This document shows positions 1 to 10,906 of a DNA stretch of 47,179 nt, in pieces. Location: NCBI GenBank assembly GCA_023434095.1, contig JAEYTJ010000022.1:1-47179 (forward strand). The letters are read 5' to 3'. Below the pieces are notes generated by a model. That model saw only the letters and a list, made by a program, of their open reading frames with translations, searched no databases and was not told the DNA's origin. The DNA comes from Pseudomonadota bacterium. GTDB taxonomy: Bacteria; Pseudomonadota; Alphaproteobacteria; Rhizobiales; Xanthobacteraceae. Both the position numbers and the translations under genes were made by a program. The number at the start of each line of letters is the position of its first letter. Position 1 is the first letter of the stretch.

Positions 1-584
1 ACCTTCTGGCCGCGGCCGGTCAGCGTGCGCTGGTAGAGCGCGGTGACGATGCCGAGGGCGAGGTGCAGGCCGGTGCCGGAATCGCCGATCTGGGCGGCGG
101 TGACCAGCGGCAGGCCGTCGCGGAAGCCCGTGGTCGAGGCGGAGCCACCGGTGCATTGGGCGACGTTCTCATAGACCTTGCAGTCCTCGAACGGGCCGGG
201 GCCGAAGCCCTTCACCGAGGCGAGGATGATGCGCGGGTTCAGCTCCTGGATGCGTTCCCAGCTGAAGCCCATGCGGTCGAGCGCGCCCGGGGCGAAATTC
301 TCGACCATCACGTCGCAGATCTTCACCAGTTCCTCGAGGACCTTCTTGCCCTCGGCATTCTTGGTGTCGAGCGTGATGGAGCGCTTGTTGGAGTTCAGCA
401 TCGTGAAGTAGAGGCTGTCCGCATTGGGGACATCGCGCAGCTGGGCGCGGGTGACGTCACCCTCGCCCGGGCGCTCTACCTTGATCACATCGGCACCGAA
501 CCACGCGAGAAGCTGCGTGCAGGTGGGGCCGGACTGAACATGGGTGAAATCGAGGACGCGAACGCCGTCCAATGCCTTGCCCAT
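1..584 (-). CDS. frc: Formyl-CoA:oxalate CoA-transferase (5' part; runs off the window start)
   Basis: Not in the ORF track because it is truncated. Manual translation from the ATG at 584 gives [40 protein letters not shown]...KVYENVAQC...IGDSGTG, a class III CoA-transferase with the catalytic Asp motif. A GAGAGGA RBS lies upstream and the gene follows oxc. Confidence 0.95.
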   Translation of the reverse strand, partial: MGKALDGVRVLDFTHVQSGPTCTQLLAWFGADVIKVERPGEGDVTRAQLRDVPNADSLYFTMLNSNKRSITLDTKNAEGKKVLEELVKICDVMVENFAPGALDRMGFSWERIQELNPRIILASVKGFGPGPFEDCKVYENVAQCTGGSASTTGFRDGLPLVTAAQIGDSGTGLHLALGIVTALYQRTLTGRGQK

Positions 585-642
585 GGGGTTCCTCTCGAAA
601 TGACCCGGCTTTTCGCCGTTGTGTCGTTGTTACTTAGGGAAT

Positions 643-679
643 GGGACGGGTGGGGAAATTGCCGCTCCCCACCCGTCCC
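643..679. other. Intercistronic stem-loop between oxc and frc
   Basis: GGGACGGGTGGGGA (643-656) and TCCCCACCCGTCCC (666-679) form a perfect 14-bp stem with a 9-nt loop. There is no U-tract on the minus strand. Confidence 0.75.
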
Positions 680-687
680 GGTTTGAC

Positions 688-2427
688 TTACTTCTTCTTC
701 ACGACGCTCTGCGGGTTCAGGCTGCCGATATTGCCGCTTTCGCTGCCGGCGGCCGGATCGATCACGGCGTTGATGAGGGTCGGCTTGCCGCTGTCCATCG
801 CCTCGTCCACGGCGCGCTTCAGCTCGTCCGGGGTGGTGACGTGGTAGCCGACGCCGCCGAAGGCCTCCATCATCTTGTCGTAGCGCGAGTCGGCCACGAA
901 GACGGTGGTGCCGGGATCCCGGCCCGTCGGGTCGGTGTCGGTGCCGCGATAGATGCCGTTATTGTTGAAGATAACGACGCAGACCGGCAGGTTGTAGCGG
1001 CAGATCGTCTCCACCTCCATGCCGGAGAAGCCGAAGGCCGAGTCGCCCTCGACCGCCAGCACGGGCTTGCCGGTTTCGACGGCGGCGCCGATGGCGAAGC
1101 CCATGCCGATGCCCATCACGCCCCAGGTACCGACGTCCAGGCGCTTGCGCGGCTGGTACATGTCGATGACGCCGCGGGCGAGGTCGAGCGTGTTCGCGCC
1201 TTCATTGACGAGGATCGCGTCGGGACGCTCCTTCATCACCTGCTTGAGCGCGCCCAGCGCCGAATGGAAGTCCATCGGGGTGGAGTTCTTCAAGAGCCGC
1301 TGGGACATCTTGGAGATGTTGACTTCCTTGCGGGCGTTGATGGCGTCGGTCCACTCCGCCGCAGGCGCCTTCCAGCCGGACTTGATGCCGTCGTTCAGGG
1401 CCTCGATCACCGAGCCGATGTCGCCGACCAGCGGCGCCGCGATCTCGACGTTCGAATCCATTTCCTTGGGCTCGATATCGATCTGGATGAACTTCTTCGG
1501 GGCGTCGCCCCAGGTCTTGCCCTTGCCGTGCGAGAGCAGCCAGTTGAGGCGGGCGCCGACGAGCACGACGACGTCCGAATCCTTCAGCACCGTCGAGCGG
1601 GCGGCGCCGGCCGAGAGCGGATGGGTGTCGGGCAGCAGGCCCTTGGCCATCGACATCGGCAGGAAGGGGATGCCGGAGGTCTCGATGAAGGAGCGGATCG
1701 CCTCGTCGGCCTGCGCGTAGGCCGCGCCCTTGCCGAGGATGATGAGCGGCTTCTTCGCTGACTTCAGCACGTCGAGCGCGCGGGTGACCGCGGCCGGGGA
1801 CGGGAGCTGCGCCGGGGCGGCGTCGATCACCTTCACCAGCGACTTGGCGCCGGCATCGGCGTCCATCACCTGCGAGAACAGCTTGGCCGGCAGGTCGAGA
1901 TACACGCCGCCGGGACGGCCGGAGACCGCCGCGCGGATGGCGCGGGCGACGCCGATGCCGATATCGGCCGCATGCAGCACGCGGAACGCGGCCTTGCAGA
2001 GCGGCTTGGCGATGGCGAGCTGGTCCATCTCCTCATAGTCGCCCTGCTGGAGGTCGACGATCTCGCGCTCGGAAGAGCCGGAGATGAGGATCATGGGGAA
2101 GCAGTTGGTGGTGGCGTTCGCCAGGGCGGTGAGGCCGTTGAGGAAGCCCGGCGCCGAGACGGTGAGGCACACGCCCGGCTTCTTGGTCAGAAAGCCGGCG
2201 ATGGCGGCAGCGTTGCCGGCGTTCTGCTCATGGCGGAACGAGATCACGCGGATGCCTTCGGCCTGCGCCATGCGGCCGAGGTCCGTGATCGGAATCCCGG
2301 GCACGCCGTAGATGGTGTCGATATCGTTCAGTTTGAGCGCATCGATGACCAGGTGGAAGCCGTCGGTGAGATCCTGTTCGGTCTCGTTGGCGGCATTCAC
2401 GTCAATAACCTGTGCGACTGCGGACAT
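688..2427 (-). CDS. oxc: Oxalyl-CoA decarboxylase (TPP-dependent)
   Basis: 579 aa with [27 protein letters not shown] and the TPP motif [11 protein letters not shown]...NNNG; adjacent to frc. Confidence 0.97.
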   Translation of the reverse strand: MSAVAQVIDVNAANETEQDLTDGFHLVIDALKLNDIDTIYGVPGIPITDLGRMAQAEGIRVISFRHEQNAGNAAAIAGFLTKKPGVCLTVSAPGFLNGLTALANATTNCFPMILISGSSEREIVDLQQGDYEEMDQLAIAKPLCKAAFRVLHAADIGIGVARAIRAAVSGRPGGVYLDLPAKLFSQVMDADAGAKSLVKVIDAAPAQLPSPAAVTRALDVLKSAKKPLIILGKGAAYAQADEAIRSFIETSGIPFLPMSMAKGLLPDTHPLSAGAARSTVLKDSDVVVLVGARLNWLLSHGKGKTWGDAPKKFIQIDIEPKEMDSNVEIAAPLVGDIGSVIEALNDGIKSGWKAPAAEWTDAINARKEVNISKMSQRLLKNSTPMDFHSALGALKQVMKERPDAILVNEGANTLDLARGVIDMYQPRKRLDVGTWGVMGIGMGFAIGAAVETGKPVLAVEGDSAFGFSGMEVETICRYNLPVCVVIFNNNGIYRGTDTDPTGRDPGTTVFVADSRYDKMMEAFGGVGYHVTTPDELKRAVDEAMDSGKPTLINAVIDPAAGSESGNIGSLNPQSVVKKK

Positions 2428-2470
2428 CCCGTATTCCCTCCCAAACGTCCTTCGGCGGGTTCATGCCGCC

Positions 2471-3196
2471 CTAATCTAGGTCTACGTGGTTCTCGACATG
2501 CTCGGCGAGCCGGAGCGTGTGGTCGCGCACCAAACGCTCGGCGCGGTCCGCGTCCCGCGCCTCGAGAGCAAGAATGATCTCAAGATGGTCGGAGGCCGAA
2601 CGCTGCGCCCGGTCCATCTCGAAGATCGTGCGGTGGCGGATGGCCCGTACATGGAAGAACAGGTTTTCCGTCATCGCCACGAGCAGCGAAGAGCCGCTCA
2701 GCCGGATCAGCGCCTGGTGGAACGCGATATTCGCACTCGAATATTCGTCACACCGGTCACGCTCGATCCGCGCCAGATCGAACTTCTTGAACAACGTCCT
2801 CAGCTCGGCGATCGCCTCGTCGCTTGCGCGCTGCGTGGCGAGGCGGGCCGCCATGCTTTCCAGTGCCGCCCAAGCCTCGATCATCTGGATGATCTCGGCC
2901 TTGGAGCGGCGAACCACCATAATGCCCCGCCGGGGTACGGCGCGGAGCAGGCCTTCCTGCTCCAGCATCGCGACCGCCTCGCGGATCGGCGTCCGGCTTG
3001 CGCCGAGACGCTCGGAAATGTCCCGCTCGTCGAGCAGCATCGGCTCGCTCGAGCCGTAGATGTTCATGTTCGTGATGGCTTCCTTGAGAGCGGCGTAGGC
3101 CTTGCTCTTGAAGCTCTCCTTGGCCGGCAGGCGTTCGATGGTCAGACCATTCTCACCGCTCTGCCAGGGCTTGCTCACAACGGCTTTGCTGCTCAC
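2471..3196 (-). CDS. GntR family (FCD domain) transcriptional regulator, paralogue 1
   Basis: wHTH LDERDISERLGASRTPIREA...LEQEG, FCD NIAFHQ and C-terminal H..I..AL..RD.D.A; GTG start with a GAGGA RBS. Confidence 0.92.
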   Translation of the reverse strand: MSSKAVVSKPWQSGENGLTIERLPAKESFKSKAYAALKEAITNMNIYGSSEPMLLDERDISERLGASRTPIREAVAMLEQEGLLRAVPRRGIMVVRRSKAEIIQMIEAWAALESMAARLATQRASDEAIAELRTLFKKFDLARIERDRCDEYSSANIAFHQALIRLSGSSLLVAMTENLFFHVRAIRHRTIFEMDRAQRSASDHLEIILALEARDADRAERLVRDHTLRLAEHVENHVDLD

Positions 3197-3242
3197 GGAA
3201 GCGTCCTCTGCGGAAAACCCACAGTGGATTTCCGAAAAAGTG

Positions 3243-3255
3243 GCATACCAAATAC
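3243..3255. promoter_or_regulatory. Candidate GntR operator (G[TC]AT-N5-ATAC motif)
   Basis: GCATACCAAATAC; the same pattern occurs at 3374-3386, 4470-4482 and (one mismatch) 6546-6558. Confidence 0.5.
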
Positions 3256-3373
3256 CAACATGTCAATTCGCTTGTCCCCGCTACCGGGGGGCCTCCGGCT
3301 CCTTTTCCTCACCCGCGCCGCACGCTTTCTCGCAACCCTGTGACCTTTGGTAAGGAGGCCGGAGCGCGCTTGC

Positions 3374-3386
3374 GTATGCAATATAC
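3374..3386. promoter_or_regulatory. Candidate GntR operator
   Basis: GTATGCAATATAC (GTAT-N5-ATAC) upstream of GntR paralogue 1. Confidence 0.5.
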
Positions 3387-3620
3387 CACGGGTGAACGCG
3401 GCTGGCGAGAGCGTCGGAACACTTTGCTGCGGTGCGCAGTCAAAAGTTCGTTCCGAATCGTTCCAATCAGGGCGCGGAGGTCAGGCGGCGCTGCCGCCAG
3501 CGGAGCGGGAAATCCAGTCCGTCCAACGCTTCAGGGAGCGCACGCGGGCAGAGCCTCACGACGCACCGGACGGGGAAGGACGGCAGCCGGCGCGTGCAAC
3601 GCACCACGCCGGCGCGGGGG

Positions 3621-4322
3621 TCACGAGGGGAACCGACCGTGCTTTTCCACATGGGCGGCGAGGCCGAGCGTGTGCTCGCGCACCAGGCGCTCGGCAAGGT
3701 CCGCGTCGCGCGCGGCGAGCGCGGCGATGATGGCACGGTGCTCCTGCAGCGAGCGCTCCGACCGGTTCTCCTGGCGCACCGAGACGGCGCGGATGCCGCG
3801 GATGTGGATGAAGAGATTCTCCGTCACCTCGCCGATCATGGCGCAGCCGCCGAGCCGGATGATGGTCTGGTGGAAGCGGATATTGGCGTTGGAATATTCG
3901 TTCATGTGCTCGGCCGGCGCCTCGGCCTCGAAGTCGTGGAACATCTCGCGCAGTTCCGCGAGATCGCGGTCGCTGGCGCGGCTCGCCGCCAGCCGGGCGG
4001 CCATGCTCTCCAGCGCGGCCCAGACGATGATCATGTCGATGATCTCGCGCTTGGACTTGCGCACCACGAAGATGCCGCGGCGCGGCACCGAGCGCACGAA
4101 GCCTTCCTGCTCGAGGACGGTCAGCGCCTCGCGGATGGGCGTTCGGCTGACGCCGAGATCATGGGAAAGCTGCCGCTCGTCGAGGCGAATCTCGCTCTCC
4201 TGGCCATACATGTCCATCTCGGTGATGGCCTTCTTGATGGCGTCATAGGCCAGGGTGCGAAGGCTCGTATTGGCCGCGAGAGGCGCGATGTTCAGCCTTG
4301 TCTGGGTATCGGCGATTTCCAC
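3621..4322 (-). CDS. GntR family (FCD domain) transcriptional regulator, paralogue 2
   Basis: LDERQLSHDLGVSRTPIREALTVLEQEG...WAALESMAARLA...NIRFHQ. Start re-called at GTG 4322 (GAGGA RBS at 4331-4335) instead of the ORF-track start 4493. Confidence 0.9.
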   Translation of the reverse strand: MEIADTQTRLNIAPLAANTSLRTLAYDAIKKAITEMDMYGQESEIRLDERQLSHDLGVSRTPIREALTVLEQEGFVRSVPRRGIFVVRKSKREIIDMIIVWAALESMAARLAASRASDRDLAELREMFHDFEAEAPAEHMNEYSNANIRFHQTIIRLGGCAMIGEVTENLFIHIRGIRAVSVRQENRSERSLQEHRAIIAALAARDADLAERLVREHTLGLAAHVEKHGRFPS

Positions 4323-4469
4323 GGGCGGTTTCCTCGTCAGTTGCTCGAGATGTTGTTCTTGTTGTTGTCCGCCGCATTTTCGCTGCGGCGCGGCCGGCTT
4401 CGCCGGCCCTTCACTTGGCCCCGCCCGCATCTTGGCGATTCTCTGGCGGATCAAGGCATCGCGAGCATC

Positions 4470-4482
4470 GTATAACACATAC
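4470..4482. promoter_or_regulatory. Candidate GntR operator
   Basis: GTATAACACATAC (GTAT-N5-ATAC) in the divergent gntR2/oxlT1 intergenic region. Confidence 0.5.
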
Positions 4483-4702
4483 AGAATGTCCATGCGGGAG
4501 CCTGCGCGCCGGAGCGCCCGACCCGCCCGCCGACACCTCTCCTCCCGTCCCGTATCGTCTGTTTTGACCCCGCCGGCGGCGCCCGGCCGCGTCGGCGGCG
4601 GCCGTTCTGGTTATCTGACGTTGGGTAATAGAGGCGCAATATTCCCTATGGGCATGTGCCGTTACGTCAGTATGCGTCCTGCACAGGGCAAATGTTCGTG
4701 GT

Positions 4703-4718
4703 ATGCAAAATTTTGCAT
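4703..4718. promoter_or_regulatory. Perfect 16-bp palindrome upstream of oxlT1 (candidate operator)
   Basis: ATGCAAAATTTTGCAT, flanked by GGT...TACC, in an AT-rich promoter region. Confidence 0.5.
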
Positions 4719-4850
4719 TACCCAAAATTCATAGTATGGTCGTTTTAATGGCTGATCGATGACCCGCCCAAATGGGCGTGCTTAGCGGACATTCAATAAG
4801 AAAACAGAAAATATTCGCTCTCTTTACGTTGGGAAACGTTCGAGGACAAC

Positions 4851-6167
4851 ATGACATCTGACGCAACGGCATCCATCAATAAAAAGCGCTGGCTGCAGCT
4901 GGTGTTCGGCGTGATCTGCATGTGCATGATCGCCAACATGCAGTATGGCTGGACCTTCTTCGTCAATCCGATGCAGGAAGCCCATGGCTGGGATCGCGCT
5001 GCGATCCAGGTGGCGTTCTCCATCTTCATCGTCACCGAGACCTGGCTGGTGCCGATCGAGGGCTGGTTCGTCGACAAGTATGGCCCGCGCGTCGTGGTGC
5101 TGTTCGGCGGCCTGCTGTGCGGCCTCGCCTGGGTCATCAACTCCTATGCCGATACGCTGACCCTGCTCTATGTCGGCGCGGCGCTGGGTGGCGTCGGCGC
5201 CGGTGCGGTGTATGGCACCTGCGTGGGCAATTCGCTCAAGTGGTTCCCGGATCGTCGCGGCCTCGCCGCCGGCATCACCGCCGCCGGCTTCGGTGCAGGC
5301 TCGGCGCTGACCGTGATTCCGATCCAGAACATGATCAAGAATCAGGGCTACGAGGCCGCGTTCTTCTATTTCGGCGTCGGCCAGGGCGTGGTGATCACAC
5401 TGCTCGCCCTCTTCCTCGCCGCTCCGAAGAAGGAGCAGATCGCTGCCTTCGCCGCCAAGGCGGTGGCCAAGCTCTCGCAGTCGGCCCGCGATTTCGCGCC
5501 GAAGGAGATGCTCTCCACCCCGCTGTTCTGGGTGATGTATGCGATGTTCGTCATGATGGCCGCCGGCGGCCTGATGGCGACCGCCCAGCTCGGCCCGATC
5601 GCCAAGGACTTCGGCATCGCCGACATTCCGGTGAGCCTCATCGGCATCACCCTGCCGGCGCTGACCTTCGCCGCCGCGATCGACCGTGTGCTCAACGGCC
5701 TGACCCGCCCGTTCTTCGGCTGGGTGTCCGACCAGATCGGCCGCGAGAACACCATGTTCGTGGCCTTCGCCATCGAGGGCGTCGGCATCTATGCGCTGAG
5801 CGTGCTCGGCCATAACCCGGTGCTGTTCGTCATCCTCACCGGCCTGGTGTTCTTCGCCTGGGGCGAGATCTACTCGCTGTTCCCGGCCATGTGCGGCGAT
5901 GCCTTCGGCTCCAAGTTCGCCACCACCAATGCCGGCCTGCTCTACACCGCCAAGGGTACGGCGGCGCTGATCGTGCCGTTCACCTCGATCATCACCACGA
6001 TGACGGGCAGCTGGCACGCGGTGTTCATCACCGCCGCCGCGCTGAACATCATCGCCGCCGTGATGGCGCTGGCGGTGCTCAAGCCGCTCGCCTCGGCGCA
6101 TGGTCGCCGGGCCGCGGCCGCCGCCGCGGCGGCGAAGGGGTCGGCCGGCGCGGTGGCGGCCGAGTAG
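4851..6167 (+). CDS. oxlT: Oxalate/formate antiporter (MFS, OFA family), copy 1
   Basis: Multi-TM MFS protein with ANMQYGWT, KWFPDRRGLA, NGLTRPFFG (Arg) and YTAKG (Lys), matching the OxlT substrate-binding residues; GAGGA RBS; oxc/frc context. Confidence 0.92.
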   Translation: MTSDATASINKKRWLQLVFGVICMCMIANMQYGWTFFVNPMQEAHGWDRAAIQVAFSIFIVTETWLVPIEGWFVDKYGPRVVVLFGGLLCGLAWVINSYADTLTLLYVGAALGGVGAGAVYGTCVGNSLKWFPDRRGLAAGITAAGFGAGSALTVIPIQNMIKNQGYEAAFFYFGVGQGVVITLLALFLAAPKKEQIAAFAAKAVAKLSQSARDFAPKEMLSTPLFWVMYAMFVMMAAGGLMATAQLGPIAKDFGIADIPVSLIGITLPALTFAAAIDRVLNGLTRPFFGWVSDQIGRENTMFVAFAIEGVGIYALSVLGHNPVLFVILTGLVFFAWGEIYSLFPAMCGDAFGSKFATTNAGLLYTAKGTAALIVPFTSIITTMTGSWHAVFITAAALNIIAAVMALAVLKPLASAHGRRAAAAAAAAKGSAGAVAAE

Positions 6168-6195
6168 GCCGCTTCCCCGACGTCGCATCCGTTTC

Positions 6196-6229
6196 AGGGC
6201 CCGTCTTCGGACGGGCCCTTTTCTTTTTT
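6196..6229 (+). terminator. Rho-independent terminator of oxlT1
   Basis: AGGGCCCGTC-TTCG-GACGGGCCCT (cUUCGg loop) followed by a T-rich tract. Confidence 0.92.
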
Positions 6230-6545
6230 CGCATATCCGAAGCGACCGAACCCGGCGCGGGCTGCGACAGTCTGTCAGAATTCCAATTGTAAACGGGGGG
6301 CGAGAACGGTGCGGGAGAGTGGCGCTTTCGTGTCATCGTTGCCCCATTTCGGCTACAGGGGCGGAAAAAGGCAAGTCACCGTTCCCGAGAGTTCCTGATA
6401 TTTATCTTTTAAATGAATTTGAGCTTACCCAAAGGTGGCTCACGACAACGATATGACATCTATTAATAGGCGCCATGGCAACAAGTCGAAAGTCTACGGT
6501 GTCTTTAGGCTTACGGAACGGTTGGCGAGTCATAAAACCCAATTG

Positions 6546-6558
6546 GCATACATAATAT
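6546..6558. promoter_or_regulatory. Candidate GntR operator upstream of oxlT2
   Basis: GCATACATAATAT, one mismatch to G[TC]AT-N5-ATAC; shares TGGCATAC with the 3241 site. Confidence 0.4.
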
Positions 6559-6820
6559 TGTCGATTATGATCGGTCCTCAGCGGGTCGGTTCCGCAACCC
6601 TGCGTCAGAGCGTGTCCGAGGTGTCGGAACGCGGCGTAAGGGGACGGATACCGCGCAACCTTTGAGACCGAAATGCCGCACGAGCGGCCGTCGCGGGGGC
6701 GACGCAGAACGCGCCCCTGAGACCAACGACAAGCCGGCGCCCGAGCCCGACAGGCAACGGAGCGACCGCAACAAAAAAGCCGATCCGCGGCATTTATCGA
6801 TTTGGGAGAGGAGATCGCCC

Positions 6821-8146
6821 TTGAATACGTCCAAGACTCTGGCGGCCATGGGCCCGGGCCAGGATTTCTCTGAAAGCCGCCGCTGGATGCAGCTGGTGGT
6901 CGGCGTGGTCTGCATGATCGCGACCGCCAACATCCAGTACGCCTGGACCCTGTTCGTCCCCGAGATCCAGCAGACCTTTGGCTGGGAGCGCGCCTCGATC
7001 CAGGTGGCGTTCACCATCTTCGTGCTGGTGCAGACCTGGCTGGCCCCGATCGAGGGCTACTTCATCGACAAGTTCGGCCCCCGCCTGATGGTCGCCTTCG
7101 GCGCGCTGTTCATCGGCACGGCCTGGGTCATCAATTCGCAGGCCACCACCCTGATGGGCTTCTACTTCGGCGCGGCCATCGGCGGCACCGGCGTCGGCTC
7201 CATCTACGCCACCTGCATCAACAACGCGCTCAAGTGGTTCCCGGATCGCCGCGGCCTCGCCGTCGGCCTCACCGCGGGCGGCTACGGCGCCGGCTCGGCC
7301 GCGACCATCCTGCCGATCGCGGCGATGATCGAGTCCTCGGGCTTCCAGGAGACCTTCTTCTTCTTCGGCCTGCTTCAGGGCGGCCTCGCCTTCATCGCCG
7401 CCTGGTTCCTGCGTTCGCCGAAGGCGGGCGAGGTCAAGGCGTCCTCCAAGCTCAACCAGAGCCGCCGCGACTACACCCTCAAGGAAGCCCTGAACACCAA
7501 GCTGTTCTGGCTGATGCTGGTCATGTTCACCTGCGTCGTCACCGGCGGCATGATGGCCGTGGCGCAGCTGGGCGTCATCGCGCAGGATCTCGGCGTGAAG
7601 GAGTTCGAGGTCAACCTGTACTTCTTCACCATGGCCGCCCTGCCGCTCGCGCTGATGCTCGACCGCGTCATGAACGGCATCTCGCGTCCGCTGTTCGGCT
7701 GGATCTCCGACCACATCGGCCGTGAGAAGACCATGGTCATCGCCTTCTCGCTCGAAGGCATCGGCATCATCGCGCTCGGCTATTTCGGCCACAATCCGTG
7801 GGCGTTCCTCATCCTCTCCGGCGTCGTCTTCCTCGCCTGGGGTGAAGTTTACTCGCTGTTCTCGGCGCTCGCCGGCGACGCCTTCGGCACCAAGCACATC
7901 GCGAAGATCTACGGCGTGCTCTACTGCGCCAAGGGTATCGGCGCCCTGTTCGTCCCGGTCGGCAACCTGCTGATGGAAGCCACCGGCACCTGGTCGACCG
8001 TGCTCTACACCGTCGCCGCCATGGACCTGTTCGCCGCCTTCCTCGCCGTGACGCTGCTGCCGCGCACGCTGAAGGCGCATGTCGCGCAGTCCACCGCCAT
8101 GGCCGCCTCGGTCGACAAGACCGCCACCGCCTCGGCGCACGCCTGA
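6821..8146 (+). CDS. oxlT: Oxalate/formate antiporter (MFS, OFA family), copy 2
   Basis: ANIQYAWT, KWFPDRRGLA, NGISRPLFG and YCAKG. Start re-called at TTG 6821 after GAGAGGAGA. Confidence 0.9.
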   Translation: MNTSKTLAAMGPGQDFSESRRWMQLVVGVVCMIATANIQYAWTLFVPEIQQTFGWERASIQVAFTIFVLVQTWLAPIEGYFIDKFGPRLMVAFGALFIGTAWVINSQATTLMGFYFGAAIGGTGVGSIYATCINNALKWFPDRRGLAVGLTAGGYGAGSAATILPIAAMIESSGFQETFFFFGLLQGGLAFIAAWFLRSPKAGEVKASSKLNQSRRDYTLKEALNTKLFWLMLVMFTCVVTGGMMAVAQLGVIAQDLGVKEFEVNLYFFTMAALPLALMLDRVMNGISRPLFGWISDHIGREKTMVIAFSLEGIGIIALGYFGHNPWAFLILSGVVFLAWGEVYSLFSALAGDAFGTKHIAKIYGVLYCAKGIGALFVPVGNLLMEATGTWSTVLYTVAAMDLFAAFLAVTLLPRTLKAHVAQSTAMAASVDKTATASAHA

Positions 8147-8215
8147 TCCACGGCCCTCGCGACCGGCGGCCCGCGCGGTCGCCGGTCGAACGAGCCGGTC
8201 CTCATCTGATCGACG

Positions 8216-8246
8216 AGGGGCCCTTCGCGGGGCCCCTTTTCGTTTT
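8216..8246 (+). terminator. Rho-independent terminator between convergent oxlT2 and Nudix genes
   Basis: AGGGGCCC...GGGCCCCT stem followed by TTTCGTTTT. Confidence 0.8.
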
Positions 8247-8252
8247 GGGGGT

Positions 8253-8693
8253 TCAGCCGCCCGTCGCGGCGGCGAGGGCGAGGTCGGCGAGATACCCGAC
8301 CTTGCGACTGGCGGCAGGCCCGAGCGAGGCCAGTTCCACGGGGTCGAACCAGCGCGCCTCCAGCGCGTCGTCGGCCGCCACCGCCTCGCCCGCCTGCCAG
8401 CGGCAGAGCACGGCGATCATTGCGAAATGATGGGCGAGGGCGCCCGTGCCGTCATGCTCGATGAAGTCCAGCACGGTGATCAAGCGCGGCGCCTCGGCGC
8501 GAAGGCCGGTCTCCTCGTGCAGTTCGCGCAGCGCAGCGTCGAGATAGGGCTCGCCCGGCTCCACGCGCCCGCCGGGAAAACCCCACAGGCCCTGGTCGGG
8601 CGGGTTGGCGCGGCGCACCAGCAGCACGGCGCCGTCGCGCTCGACGAGGGCGAGGACGGCGACGGTGGGGCGGACGGCAGGGGGCGGCGTCAT
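8253..8693 (-). CDS. Nudix hydrolase
   Basis: Nudix box GGRVEPGEPYLDAALRELHEETGL; start re-called at ATG 8693 so it does not overlap thiC. Confidence 0.88.
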   Translation of the reverse strand: MTPPPAVRPTVAVLALVERDGAVLLVRRANPPDQGLWGFPGGRVEPGEPYLDAALRELHEETGLRAEAPRLITVLDFIEHDGTGALAHHFAMIAVLCRWQAGEAVAADDALEARWFDPVELASLGPAASRKVGYLADLALAAATGG

Positions 8694-8746
8694 GCGGAAG
8701 GGCTCCCGGAGAAAGCGCGGCCGGGACGACCCCGGCCGCGCGAAAA

Positions 8747-10816
<2,070 letters not shown>

Positions 10817-10906
10817 TCAATCGTGCTGAACCGTCACCCCGCCGCTGCCGTATTCCTGTAGATTGCTGACGCAATGAACATGCAGAACGACACGTCGGGG
10901 AGAACC

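Noticed and set aside
63..2577. Long plus-strand ORFs (63-686, 619-1761, 1972-2577) and similar antisense ORFs throughout (e.g. 8921-10861, 13344-15158, 38742-41201)
   Set aside because: These are shadow ORFs opposite well-supported genes, expected from high GC and codon bias, and they contain no recognisable motifs.
3241..3260. TGGCA-starting motifs (3241, 6544) as sigma-54 promoters
   Set aside because: There is no TTGC at the required -12 spacing; they fit the GntR-like motif better.
6435..6665. 76-aa ORF in the oxlT1-oxlT2 intergenic region
   Set aside because: It is AT-rich with atypical codon usage, overlaps probable promoter and operator elements, and has no recognisable motif. A small RNA or peptide cannot be excluded without expression data.
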